Virus record (IMG/VR): IMGVR_UViG_2695420685_000018
Strand: one strand, 5' to 3'
DNA length: 6,554 nt
Origin: a virus
Taxonomy: Duplodnaviria; Heunggongvirae; Uroviricota; Caudoviricetes
Positions 1 to 6,330 of this stretch are shown here, piece after piece; position 1 is the first letter of the stretch; every line of letters begins with the position of its first letter. The notes below the pieces were generated by a model that was not told where the DNA came from, searched no databases, and worked only from the letters and a program-made list of their open reading frames with translations. Position numbers and translations under genes: made by a program.

Positions 1-1625
1 ACCAGTTGCTGCGCCTCTGTCTGCGAAAAAATCTCCGGATCATCAGGAAAACGGATGGCATACGACGTGGCTTCATCCGCAGGCGTGGGATCGGCTTTCA
101 TACGGGCATAGAGAATTTCTTTTGCGGTGTCCGTCCCCACTTCGCACAGATACACGCCCCGCTGATTGCGGGTTTTTGGCATGGTGATCACCTGCTTGCC
201 ATAAACAGATGCACCTTTTACCGGCAGCACCCGGAAAACACCGTGTTTTTTTGACCTCTGATAGACAATTTCGCCATCGATCCCCCCGGTGTCCCAGCAG
301 ACACGGGAAATGGTCATTTCGGTTCCGTCTGCATGGCGGTATTTTTTGTTGATCGCCACATCCACACGTAACAGCGTCTCTTCCTCATCGGGACGCCCCA
401 TAATGATGATTTTATCCACCAGAAAGGCTTCCTCTCCCGGAGCCCATCCCCAGACATACATCTCAAAACGGTTTCGCTGCGAGTCAATGCCCGCCGTCAG
501 ATAAACCACCCGGGAAGGCACCGCCGCCGTGTAACGCACAACCTTATCCATCAGCACCTGGTGATCGAGTTTTTCGCCCACGGCCTCTTCCCAGGTCTCG
601 CCCAGCGTGGTGTTCACAAAGGTTTTCAGGCCGTTGGGATCTTTCAGTGCATCCAGCCAGTCATAGACAATCTGTACCCAGGTGGTGAACGGACTGTACG
701 CCGTCCAGATATGGAATGTGATGGAGCGCGGCGGCGGAATTTCATTATCCGCGGCGCTGAAAAATGTCAGACCGTCACGAGTCCACATGCCCGTGTTTTC
801 ACAGATCCACCGCCCGTTACTCTGGTCAAGCTCAGACTGATGGATCACACAGCCATGATGCTCACAAAGGTAGAAAACACTTTCTGGCTTATTCTTCTCC
901 CACTTAAGACCGAAAGGCGAGGCATCATCGCCAAATTTCAGATACTGCTCCTCCCCACAGTGCGGACAGGGCACATAAAAACGCATGAAGTGTGCCGACT
1001 CGTTAGCGGCTTTTTCGATCTGGCAGGAGCCTTTGATTTTAGGCGTCGAGCCGCGAATGGATTTTGGCCATACAGAGCCCTCAATACGTTTATCCCCCAG
1101 CAGGGTTGGCGAACCCTCTTTTTCAACATCCGGTTCGAACGAGGAAAGCTCGTCATAACAACCCACACCGGAGGAAAAACGCTTCAGGGTGAGCGTATTA
1201 TCGCGGTGTTTTCTTCCGAACCATGGAGCCAGCTCCAGCAATGCAGGAACATCCCTTATCGTTGGCTCAACATGAGATTTCATAAAATCTTCAGCAGCTG
1301 AGTCCGTGGGCTGAAAAAGAAGGCTGTTGCGTGATTTATGCTCAATAAAATAAGCCTCCACTCCCAGCAACATCTTTGTATAACCAACACGGGCAGATTT
1401 AATCAGGTTAACCGTGCGAATCAGATCGTTGCCCATACAGTTCATGATGCCAACCTGAAACGGCAGTGTTTCCCACCGCCCCGGGGTATAAGACGACTCT
1501 TTAGGAAGGTAATAATGTTTATTGGCCCACTGAACTGTCGTCAGTGGAACAGGAATAATGAGAGATAAAAGCCCTGTAGCTATCGCACCGGCTGCATTAG
1601 CTGCCTTCTGTGCGTCTGAAATCAT
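1..1625 (-). CDS. A: Terminase large subunit (lambda gpA-like), N-terminal ~541 codons; C-terminal part lies beyond the left window edge
   Basis: Seen in sequence: ATG at 1625-1623 on the minus strand, frame open to position 1 (no complete minus-strand ORF is reported here, consistent with run-off). Hand translation gives [62 protein letters not shown]... at the start and ...[19 protein letters not shown] at the window edge, same frame. Established knowledge (recalled, not searched): collinear with lambda gpA (…[20 protein letters not shown]…, …HFPNNPDIFDLTEAQQL…). Start overlaps the 3' end of nu1 as in lambda. The middle of the gene was not verified codon by codon. Confidence 0.9.
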   Translation of the reverse strand, partial: MISDAQKAANAAGAIATGLLSLIIPVPLTTVQWANKHYYLPKESSYTPGRWETLPFQVGIMNCMGNDLIRTVNLIKSARVGYTKMLLGVEAYFIEHKSRNSLLFQPTDSAAEDFMKSHVEPTIRDVPALLELAPWFGRKHRDNTLTLKRFSSGVGCYDELSSFEPDVEKEGSPTLLGDKRIEGSVWPKSIRGSTPKIKGSCQIEKAANESAHFMRFYVPCPHCGEEQYLKFGDDASPFGLKWEKNKPESVFYLCEHHGCVIHQSELDQSNGRWICENTGMWTRDGLTFFSAADNEIPPPRSITFHIWTAYSPFTTWVQIVYDWLDALKDPNGLKTFVNTTLGETWEEAVGEKLDHQVLMDKVVRYTAAVPSRVVYLTAGIDSQRNRFEMYVWGWAPGEEAFLVDKIIIMGRPDEEETLLRVDVAINKKYRHADGTEMTISRVCWDTGGIDGEIVYQRSKKHGVFRVLPVKGASVYGKQVITMPKTRNQRGVYLCEVGTDTAKEILYARMKADPTPADEATSYAIRFPDDPEIFSQTEAQQL

Positions 1626-2145
1626 CGATCCACCCGCCCACGTTTTCACCGGCCTTAGCTGCAACATTGGAGGCTTTCGCGATTTCAGTTTTCACCACAT
1701 CAAGGTGTGATGGTGAAATGTCCGGATATTTACGCTGTAATGTCAACGGCACACGCACAAGTATCCCCGAAATCTCCTGTGCCACACGTTGCAGAATGAA
1801 GGTAAACAGTTCAGTTTCCAGCACCACTCCGTCTTCACGGGCATTTTTCAGTTCCTGCGCATCTGCCTGCGCTTTTGTGAGCCGGTAGCGTTCATAGTCA
1901 ATGGTGCCGGGTTGTAAATCTGACTCCGCTGCCGCACGCAAATCGGCCAGTTCTTTGCGGAGCTTTTCGTTTTCGATATCAGTTTCCCTCTGCGCATACC
2001 ACTGAATTGCCATGGCAGTATCAAATACAGATTCAATGCCCTTACTGCCTTTGGAGACGCAAGGGAGCCCCTGAGACTGCCAGCGTTCAATCGTCCGCGG
2101 GTCCACGTTAAAAATTTCGGCAAGCCTCTTTTTATTAACCTTCAT
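1597..2145 (-). CDS. nu1: Terminase small subunit (lambda Nu1-like), 182 aa
   Basis: ORF track 1597..2169 (-). From the internal ATG at 2145 the product [28 protein letters not shown]...[18 protein letters not shown]...[28 protein letters not shown]... closely parallels lambda Nu1 (MEVNKKQLADIFGASIRTIQNWQEQGMP...) from memory. The 8 upstream codons begin with a non-ATG codon and have no lambda counterpart. The start lies about 187 bp downstream of cosN, matching lambda geometry. Confidence 0.9.
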   Translation of the reverse strand: MKVNKKRLAEIFNVDPRTIERWQSQGLPCVSKGSKGIESVFDTAMAIQWYAQRETDIENEKLRKELADLRAAAESDLQPGTIDYERYRLTKAQADAQELKNAREDGVVLETELFTFILQRVAQEISGILVRVPLTLQRKYPDISPSHLDVVKTEIAKASNVAAKAGENVGGWIDDFRRTEGS

Positions 2146-2360
2146 AGAACAACCCATTATCAAATACAAGGCCCGACATGAAAACGCCAGAAAAAGGCAT
2201 TTTCGGACACTTTCATGTCGGACATTTATGAATGCAATATTAAAAAAAACAAAAAGTTATATTCGAGAAGTACCGACACGATTTTCCCTGAAAAATTTTC
2301 ATAAATAGTGAAAAACCGCGAGGTCGCCGCCCCGTAACGATCTGGATCACCGGAAAGGAC
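2146..2360 (-). other. cos site region (cosQ-like flank, cosN, cosB-like repeats) of a lambda-type packaging system
   Basis: Seen in sequence: the minus strand reads ...GGTGATCCAGATCGTTACG|GGGCGGCGACCT|CGCGGTTTTTCACTATTTATGAAAATTTTTCAGGG..., nearly identical to the lambda genome end/start junction as I recall it (…GGTGATCCGACAGGTTACG + GGGCGGCGACCTCGCGGGTTTTCGCTATTTATGAAAATTTTCCGG…). Between cosN and the nu1 start are repeated CCGACA/TGTCGG motifs, including an 11-bp inverted pair (plus ccgacatgaaa 2173-2183 and tttcatgtcgg 2211-2221), plausible Nu1-binding R elements, plus an A-tract at about 2241-2256. Confidence 0.8.
2321..2332 (-). other. cosN 12-nt cohesive-end sequence
   Basis: Plus strand aggtcgccgccc at 2321-2332; its complement reads 5'-GGGCGGCGACCT-3', identical to the lambda left cohesive end (established knowledge). 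Confidence 0.85.
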
Positions 2361-2488
2361 CCGCCAACGACTTTCGCGTGCAGGCATTAAAAATTTTGCA
2401 GTTCCATGCCTAGTTGAAACCTCGATTTCTATAACATCCAATTTTGTAAATTTAGATATAGCTCAACTTTTCCCAATGTTTTCAAGTG

Positions 2489-2494
2489 TATAAA
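2489..2494 (+). promoter_or_regulatory. Candidate sigma70 -10 element (TATAAA) for the plus-strand 355-aa gene; no convincing -35
   Basis: Seen in sequence: TATAAA about 60 nt upstream of the ATG at 2556 in an AT-rich tract. The gene is antisense to the phage late operon and so needs its own promoter somewhere in 2400-2555. Weak call. Confidence 0.25.
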
Positions 2495-2544
2495 AACAAT
2501 TGGCGTTACGCCATAACACTATACTTAGGATAAGTAAAGATTTT

Positions 2545-2550
2545 AAGGAG
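2545..2550 (+). promoter_or_regulatory. Shine-Dalgarno AAGGAG for the 355-aa gene
   Basis: Seen in sequence: aaggag at 2545-2550, 5 nt upstream of the ATG at 2556. Confidence 0.7.
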
Positions 2551-2555
2551 TTTTA

Positions 2556-3623
2556 ATGAGTCAACATCAATATTATCCACAGCTGAAATGGAAGCCTGCT
2601 GAATATGAATCTCTGATGCTTTTAGATCAAACTACGCTCTCTGGTTTTACTCCGATCATTACCATTCCAGACATAGACTGGGATTATGAAAACGAATGCT
2701 ACAAGAAGAGTTTGAGTTCTTACTTATCTGACTTCGGTATTAACCTTGCGGCATCCTGGAAAGCCAATCGTCCTGTTTTGCTGGATGTTAAATATTTAGA
2801 TAAACATGGTTCGAGCCGCCATCATCCTCTAGATATGTGTATCCAAGATGCTAGAGTAAATGGTAAGGAAATTATCCCTGTTGTTTCTCCCGCATATTCA
2901 ACAAACTATATACATGCTGTTCAACGCAACTTAATCAATGGGCTCGCTATATCTATCACCCCCCAGACATGGCACCAATTCACAAGTCTGGTTAACCACT
3001 TAAATATTCATCCTAGTTTAATTGATGTAATCATTGATTTTGGAGATATTCAAAACGCAACTGATAGTTTAAAACAACAAGCATTAAGCATGGTCAACAC
3101 ATTATCAGGCCAAGCTCCGTGGAGAAACTTGATTTTATCTTCAACCGCATACCCGGCATCACAGGCAGGGATACCGCAACATCAAGTTCATCATATTCCG
3201 CGCCATGAATACGATCTTTGGATGTACGTAGTACAGAATTTTAGCAATGGAAGAACGCCAAGTTTTAGTGATTATCCCACCGCTAGCTCTACCATTACGA
3301 GCGTAGACCCACGCTTCATGTCTCAGTATGTCTCAGTGAGATATTCGAACGATACCTCATGGATCTTTGTAAAAGGTACCGCAGTTAAAGGAAATGGATG
3401 GGGCCAAACTAAAAACTTATGTACTACCCTTGTTAGTTCGCCAGAGTATCAAGTCTTTGGCTCCAAATTTAGTTGGGGGGATGATTACATTTACCAAAGA
3501 TCATTAGGCGCTAACAAATCTGGCGGCTCTAAAGAATGGCGTAAAGTTGCACATACGCACCATATTACGTTAGTCGTGAGACAGCTTTATTGGTTGGCGC
3601 AGACTCAGCCTGCCAAGCCTTAA
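2556..3623 (+). CDS. Hypothetical protein, 355 aa, no confident family assignment; first gene of the cos-proximal AT-rich insert
   Basis: ORF track 2556..3623 (+). ATG preceded by a strong SD, long ORF in a low-GC segment, no predicted transmembrane stretch or signal peptide by eye. Unverified impression only: resembles proteins annotated as 'beta family' or 'sce7725-like'. Requires a profile search. Confidence 0.8.
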   Translation: MSQHQYYPQLKWKPAEYESLMLLDQTTLSGFTPIITIPDIDWDYENECYKKSLSSYLSDFGINLAASWKANRPVLLDVKYLDKHGSSRHHPLDMCIQDARVNGKEIIPVVSPAYSTNYIHAVQRNLINGLAISITPQTWHQFTSLVNHLNIHPSLIDVIIDFGDIQNATDSLKQQALSMVNTLSGQAPWRNLILSSTAYPASQAGIPQHQVHHIPRHEYDLWMYVVQNFSNGRTPSFSDYPTASSTITSVDPRFMSQYVSVRYSNDTSWIFVKGTAVKGNGWGQTKNLCTTLVSSPEYQVFGSKFSWGDDYIYQRSLGANKSGGSKEWRKVAHTHHITLVVRQLYWLAQTQPAKP

Positions 3624-4185
3624 CTTTCCAGCCTACGCGTTTCTTTAAGGCTGTTCTGACTTCAGGCCTGAGATTCGCTATTGGAATATTTTCCGCAATA
3701 ATATTCCATAACTCAAATCGGGGCTTGCTTTTGATTCCTTTGGAATAGCCCCATCGTTCAAGTACGTCGATACATTCATCTTTCCAAAGCAATTGAGCGA
3801 GCATCAATGTGTCATGGTTTCGATTAAGCTTTTCTCCACGCATGTGCTTTATAAGAATGGCGCCTTTTGGCCCAACAGAAACCGTTTTAACGCCCCACCA
3901 ACCTGGGATTAACTTTAATGCTCCCTCAAGGTGTTTCTCAGCTACGACAAGAGTAACCTTGTCCATTACAGAAGAATAATGCTTGATTTGAAGAGGCAAA
4001 CGCTCCAAAGAGTCATATTCACTTTTGAGCTCGTACCCGTGTATAACACCATTTATTACAGCAATGTCTGCTCTACTGGCGCCAAGGGATATGGAAAATT
4101 CATCGACCACAAGGCAGTCTGGATCTAAATGCGATTCTTTCAAAAGCTTATGATGCACCGCGAACCTAACATCTTGATCTTTCAT
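3565..4185 (-). CDS. Hypothetical protein, 206 aa, with an N-terminal PD-(D/E)xK-like nuclease motif (putative nuclease); second gene of the insert
   Basis: ORF track 3565..4185 (-). ATG at 4185-4183 preceded by AAGGAG. Residues ...VVDEF(28-30)...RADIAV(38-43)...GYELKS(50-55) fit the hydrophobic-strand-D / hydrophobic-strand-E-x-K arrangement of PD-(D/E)xK nucleases (inference from motif spacing). Unverified impression: resembles 'sce7726-like' or MmcB-like proteins. Confidence 0.75.
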   Translation of the reverse strand: MKDQDVRFAVHHKLLKESHLDPDCLVVDEFSISLGASRADIAVINGVIHGYELKSEYDSLERLPLQIKHYSSVMDKVTLVVAEKHLEGALKLIPGWWGVKTVSVGPKGAILIKHMRGEKLNRNHDTLMLAQLLWKDECIDVLERWGYSKGIKSKPRFELWNIIAENIPIANLRPEVRTALKKRVGWKVKAWQAESAPTNKAVSRLT

Positions 4186-4190
4186 GACTT

Positions 4191-4196
4191 CTCCTT
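4191..4196 (-). promoter_or_regulatory. Shine-Dalgarno AAGGAG for the 206-aa gene
   Basis: Seen in sequence: plus ctcctt at 4191-4196 is AAGGAG on the minus strand, 5 nt upstream of the ATG at 4185. Confidence 0.7.
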
Positions 4197-4213
4197 ACTC
4201 CCTCCGTTATTGA

Positions 4214-4219
4214 ATTATA
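4214..4219 (-). promoter_or_regulatory. Candidate sigma70 -10 hexamer (TATAAT, perfect consensus) for the 206-aa gene
   Basis: Seen in sequence: plus attata at 4214-4219 is TATAAT on the minus strand, about 29 nt upstream of the ATG. The -35 position is occupied by a tandem direct repeat rather than a TTGACA-like hexamer. Confidence 0.45.
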
Positions 4220-4222
4220 GCG

Positions 4223-4242
4223 CACTGCATTTTACTGCATTT
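4223..4242. repeat. Tandem 10-bp direct repeat (cactgcattt / tactgcattt) overlapping the -35 region of the 206-aa gene promoter; candidate operator
   Basis: Seen in sequence: 4223-4232 cactgcattt and 4233-4242 tactgcattt, 9 of 10 identical, head to tail, immediately upstream of the TATAAT element on the minus strand. Confidence 0.6.
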
Positions 4243-4535
4243 GAGAGATTTGACCACTTCAATCACAAAATGCTTATCTGCAGCAACAAGATTCATAGCC
4301 ATACGACTATGGTGATTACCTTTTGTCTGGAAAACTGACCATTCCACGAAGATCAGATAGGTCTATAGAATCTTGGTTTGTCATAGCGTTCGTCTTACTT
4401 TGAGATGAACCTTTGCTGCATAGGAGATCAGCCCGTCAAGGCTCACCAGCACTAACTGACTACTCAAAGGCTCATTCCAAAGGGTTTGGTTCGACGTGGT
4501 TGAGTGCGCTGCGGTGCGCGGTGAAATACCTGTAC

Positions 4536-4566
4536 AAAAATGCCCCGCATCTGCGAGGCATTTTCC
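4536..4566 (-). terminator. Intrinsic terminator-like hairpin downstream of Rz, with some bidirectional potential
   Basis: Seen in sequence: plus aaaaaTGCCCCGCATCTGCGAGGCAtttt. On the minus-strand RNA this is a 7-bp GC-rich stem (GCCUCGC/GCGGGGC, one G-U pair), 4-nt loop, followed by AUUUUU. It lies about 40 nt past the Rz stop. On the plus strand the stem carries a C-A mismatch and a shorter U tract. Confidence 0.55.
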
Positions 4567-4601
4567 TGAAAGTCACGTATTAAATTTCAGTGAAATTAAA
4601 A

Positions 4602-5060
4602 TTATTTTAAGCACTGCGTCCTGATGTACTCCTGCAGGTAGTTGACCTGAGCGGTTATCTTGTCGATTCCACTTCGGAGACGGTAATAATTGAGTTCAGC
4701 ATCTGCTGTAAGTCTTGGGCTTTCTCCATCGCCCATGCTGCTGGCTCCGGTCGTTGACTTTGCACAGGTGGCGGCGACTTGCAGGCGCTTACGCCCAGCA
4801 GAAACATCAGCACGAAGACTTTCGATAGTCGCGTTAGCATCAGCAAGCTCCTTTGTGTATCTGGCGTCGAGTTCTGCTACATCACGCTGACGCATCTGCA
4901 TGTCAGTAATTACCACGTTCGCCAGCTTCAGTTCTCTGGCATTTTTGTCGCGCTGGGCTTTGTAGGTAATGGCGTTATCGCGGTAATGATTAACAGCCCA
5001 TGACAGGCAGACGATGGTGCAGATAACCAGAGTATAAATAATCGCTGCGACTCTGCTCAC
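4602..5060 (-). CDS. Rz: Rz, inner-membrane spanin subunit (lambda Rz-like)
   Basis: ORF track 4602..5075 (-). From the GTG at 5060 the product [48 protein letters not shown]... is near-identical to lambda Rz ([48 protein letters not shown]...) from memory. The GTG start overlaps the endolysin TGA stop (GTGA). The upstream in-frame codon at 5075 is TTG and has no lambda counterpart. Confidence 0.88.
   Translation of the reverse strand: MSRVAAIIYTLVICTIVCLSWAVNHYRDNAITYKAQRDKNARELKLANVVITDMQMRQRDVAELDARYTKELADANATIESLRADVSAGRKRLQVAATCAKSTTGASSMGDGESPRLTADAELNYYRLRSGIDKITAQVNYLQEYIRTQCLK
4655..4840 (-). CDS. Rz1: Rz1, outer-membrane lipoprotein spanin subunit, embedded in the +1 frame of Rz
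   Basis: ORF track 4655..4846 (-). From the ATG at 4840: [36 protein letters not shown]..., i.e. a signal peptide with lipobox V-S-A-C followed by a Pro-rich segment, entirely inside Rz in another frame. This is the defining Rz1 architecture (established knowledge). Confidence 0.85.
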   Translation of the reverse strand: MLTRLSKVFVLMFLLGVSACKSPPPVQSQRPEPAAWAMEKAQDLQQMLNSIITVSEVESTR

Positions 5061-5590
5061 TGATCTATCCCCCAACAGGCTAATGCGCTTTCCTGGTCAC
5101 GACGAATAACCTGTCCATAGCAGTTATTTGAACGTATGCGGCAATCGCGCCCACCATCTTTTATCCACCAGCGAATCGCCTCGCATGCGCCCTTACGATC
5201 ACCGGCATTCAGCCGCTTATAAAACGTCGACGGGAAACACTTACCGGGGCCAATGTTATAGGGACAGAATGACGCTATACCCGCTTTCTGTGGTTCGGTC
5301 AGTGGTACTTTAATATTGCGCTCCACCCATGCCAGCGCCTTATCACGTTCAATAGCGTTAACCTGGTCGCATTTTTCCTTCGACAGCTTCATTCCCGGTA
5401 TGACGGGCTTACCATCCACCATTGTGGCACCACGACAGATGGTCCATATACCGGAACCATCGCGGTATGCCGTAGTGTGGTTACCCTCTTTTTCATCCAG
5501 AAACTGGTCAAGTATTTGAGGAGCAGACGCGCCTGCAGCAATCAGCGCCAGAACAGCAGCTGACAGGCCGTATTTGATTTTTGCGCTCAT
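5057..5590 (-). CDS. R: SAR endolysin (T4-lysozyme-type muramidase, phage 21 R / DLP12 RrrD-like), 177 aa
   Basis: ORF track 5057..5590 (-). N-terminal Gly/Ala-rich weakly hydrophobic segment [16 protein letters not shown] (signal-arrest-release type) followed by the catalytic spacing E35-x8-D44-x5-T50 ([16 protein letters not shown]), as in P21 R and T4 lysozyme E11/D20/T26 (established knowledge). Confidence 0.9.
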   Translation of the reverse strand: MSAKIKYGLSAAVLALIAAGASAPQILDQFLDEKEGNHTTAYRDGSGIWTICRGATMVDGKPVIPGMKLSKEKCDQVNAIERDKALAWVERNIKVPLTEPQKAGIASFCPYNIGPGKCFPSTFYKRLNAGDRKGACEAIRWWIKDGGRDCRIRSNNCYGQVIRRDQESALACWGIDQ

Positions 5591-5645
5591 GGATATTTAT
5601 CAGGATGCTACCAATGAAAGATACTGGAAAGCCAACTGCAAAAAG

Positions 5646-5960
5646 CTAACAACCCGTAATCGAGTTATCAGAACTGTTAATTTTTATGGTATACCGCGCC
5701 TCTGAACAGGGGCGCGTTTCTGGCAACAGCTCGTCCCCTTCACATAACCCGGCAGCAACATCCATGAAGACCTGTCTGATGCTCCTTCTGGCTGCTGCCT
5801 CATAAAACTCCAGCGCGGCACCTTCAACACGGTCCAGCGAGATGTCCAGGTCAAAAATTTCACCGTCAAAGCGTTTTTTGTCCCGTAACGCTAAAGTTAC
5901 CGTAACTTTATTCTCAAAATTGCGGATCCCTTTCACAATCAGTTCATAGTTTTGAGTCAT
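5646..5960 (-). CDS. Small hydrophilic protein of unknown function, 104 aa, YdfR-like (DUF1327-type) gene between holin and endolysin
   Basis: ORF track 5646..5960 (-). ATG 4 nt after the holin stop with a GGGGAGAG SD-like tract. No transmembrane segment. Position and size match YdfR of the E. coli K-12 Qin prophage, which sits between essQ and rrrQ (recalled, not searched). Confidence 0.7.
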   Translation of the reverse strand: MTQNYELIVKGIRNFENKVTVTLALRDKKRFDGEIFDLDISLDRVEGAALEFYEAAARRSIRQVFMDVAAGLCEGDELLPETRPCSEARYTIKINSSDNSITGC

Positions 5961-5964
5961 TGAA

Positions 5965-6180
5965 TTACTCTCCCCGTGCAGCCTTACGACGGTCCTCTCT
6001 GATTTTGAAATACAGGTTAGTCAGATATGTCAGCAGCCCAAACAGCAGACTCCCCAGCACGCCTATTGCCGCCCACTGAGACGGGGAAACCCTGTCCAGC
6101 AACTGCAGGAACCAGTAGCCCGTTCCCACCGCTGACGTGGTGTATGACACACCTGTTGTGATTTTTTCCATCTGGTACAT
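5965..6180 (-). CDS. S: Class II holin / pinholin (phage 21 S21-like), 71 aa, with dual-start motif
   Basis: ORF track 5965..6258 (-), trimmed to the ATG at 6180: [71 protein letters not shown]. This parallels S21 (…[65 protein letters not shown]) from memory. Two transmembrane segments; Met1 and Met4 give a dual start; GGAG lies upstream of the ATG. The 26-codon upstream extension in the ORF track begins with a non-ATG codon and runs through the terminator hairpin. Confidence 0.9.
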   Translation of the reverse strand: MYQMEKITTGVSYTTSAVGTGYWFLQLLDRVSPSQWAAIGVLGSLLFGLLTYLTNLYFKIREDRRKAARGE

Positions 6181-6212
6181 ACCCCGTCTCCCGTTATCCG
6201 GAAGCTGACAAC

Positions 6213-6246
6213 AATAAAAAAAGCCACCAGTTAAGTACTGATGGCT
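6213..6246 (-). terminator. Intrinsic terminator (tR'-like position) between the upstream ORF and the holin
   Basis: Seen in sequence: minus-strand RNA 5'-AGCCAUCAG-UACUUAA-CUGGUGGCU-UUUUUUAUUG, a 9-bp stem (one G-U pair), 7-nt loop and U tract, ending about 35 nt upstream of the holin ATG. Confidence 0.55.
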
Positions 6247-6330
6247 CTGATAACTCATGCAGGCATCTCAGACGACCCACTGACACTACCGGTGAGTTTA
6301 ACGATACCTTCCATTTGACTGGCTCACTTT

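Noticed and set aside
6-1568. Plus-strand ORFs 6..254, 289..504, 561..1301 and 1338..1568, and minus-strand 938..1168
   Set aside because: They are antisense or alternate-frame shadows inside the terminase large subunit gene, whose minus-strand frame is open throughout and matches lambda gpA. None has a convincing RBS.
1610-2123. ORFs 1610..1888 (+) and 1848..2123 (-)
   Set aside because: Both lie entirely within nu1 in other frames or on the opposite strand, with no start context. They are shadow ORFs.
2146-2169. Eight-codon N-terminal extension of the nu1 ORF (MYLIMGCS)
   Set aside because: It begins with a non-ATG codon and has no lambda counterpart. The ATG at 2145 gives a lambda-like MKVNKK start at the expected distance from cosN.
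2226-2441. 71-aa minus-strand ORF
   Set aside because: It spans cosN and the cosB repeats in AT-rich sequence, has no RBS, and its product is low-complexity. The region is explained by the cos site.
2556-4185. Possibility that the insert encodes a Bor or Lom homologue, as in lambda's equivalent region
   Set aside because: Neither protein has a signal peptide, lipobox or beta-barrel-like C-terminal aromatic residue. Sizes and sequences do not resemble Bor (about 97 aa) or Lom.
3931-4338. Plus-strand ORFs 3931..4128 and 4129..4338
   Set aside because: They are antisense to the 206-aa gene and its promoter/RBS region, with no RBS of their own, whereas the minus-strand gene has a strong SD and a nuclease-like motif.
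4488-4494. GGTTCGA motif resembling a tRNA T-loop
   Set aside because: I could not build a flanking T-stem, acceptor stem or anticodon arm around it by eye. It is probably a chance match; a tRNA-scanning tool would settle it.
4841-4846. Upstream TTG start for Rz1
   Set aside because: The ATG at 4840 two codons downstream yields a lambda-sized lipoprotein precursor; the TTG adds only two residues.
4690-5003. Plus-strand ORFs 4690..4890 and 4779..5003
   Set aside because: They are antisense to Rz/Rz1, which are identified by near-identity to lambda.
5061-5075. Upstream TTG start for Rz (MGDRS extension)
   Set aside because: The lambda Rz N-terminus (MSRV...) aligns with the GTG at 5060, which overlaps the endolysin stop in the usual coupled arrangement.
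5128-5519. Plus-strand ORFs 5128..5313 and 5316..5519
   Set aside because: They are antisense to the SAR endolysin gene.
5684-5869. 61-aa minus-strand ORF inside the YdfR-like gene
   Set aside because: It is an alternate frame nested in a better-supported ORF that has proper start context.
6181-6258. N-terminal extension of the holin ORF ([26 protein letters not shown])
   Set aside because: It starts with a non-ATG codon, runs through the terminator hairpin, and has no counterpart in S21. The ATG at 6180 has an SD and gives a 71-aa pinholin.
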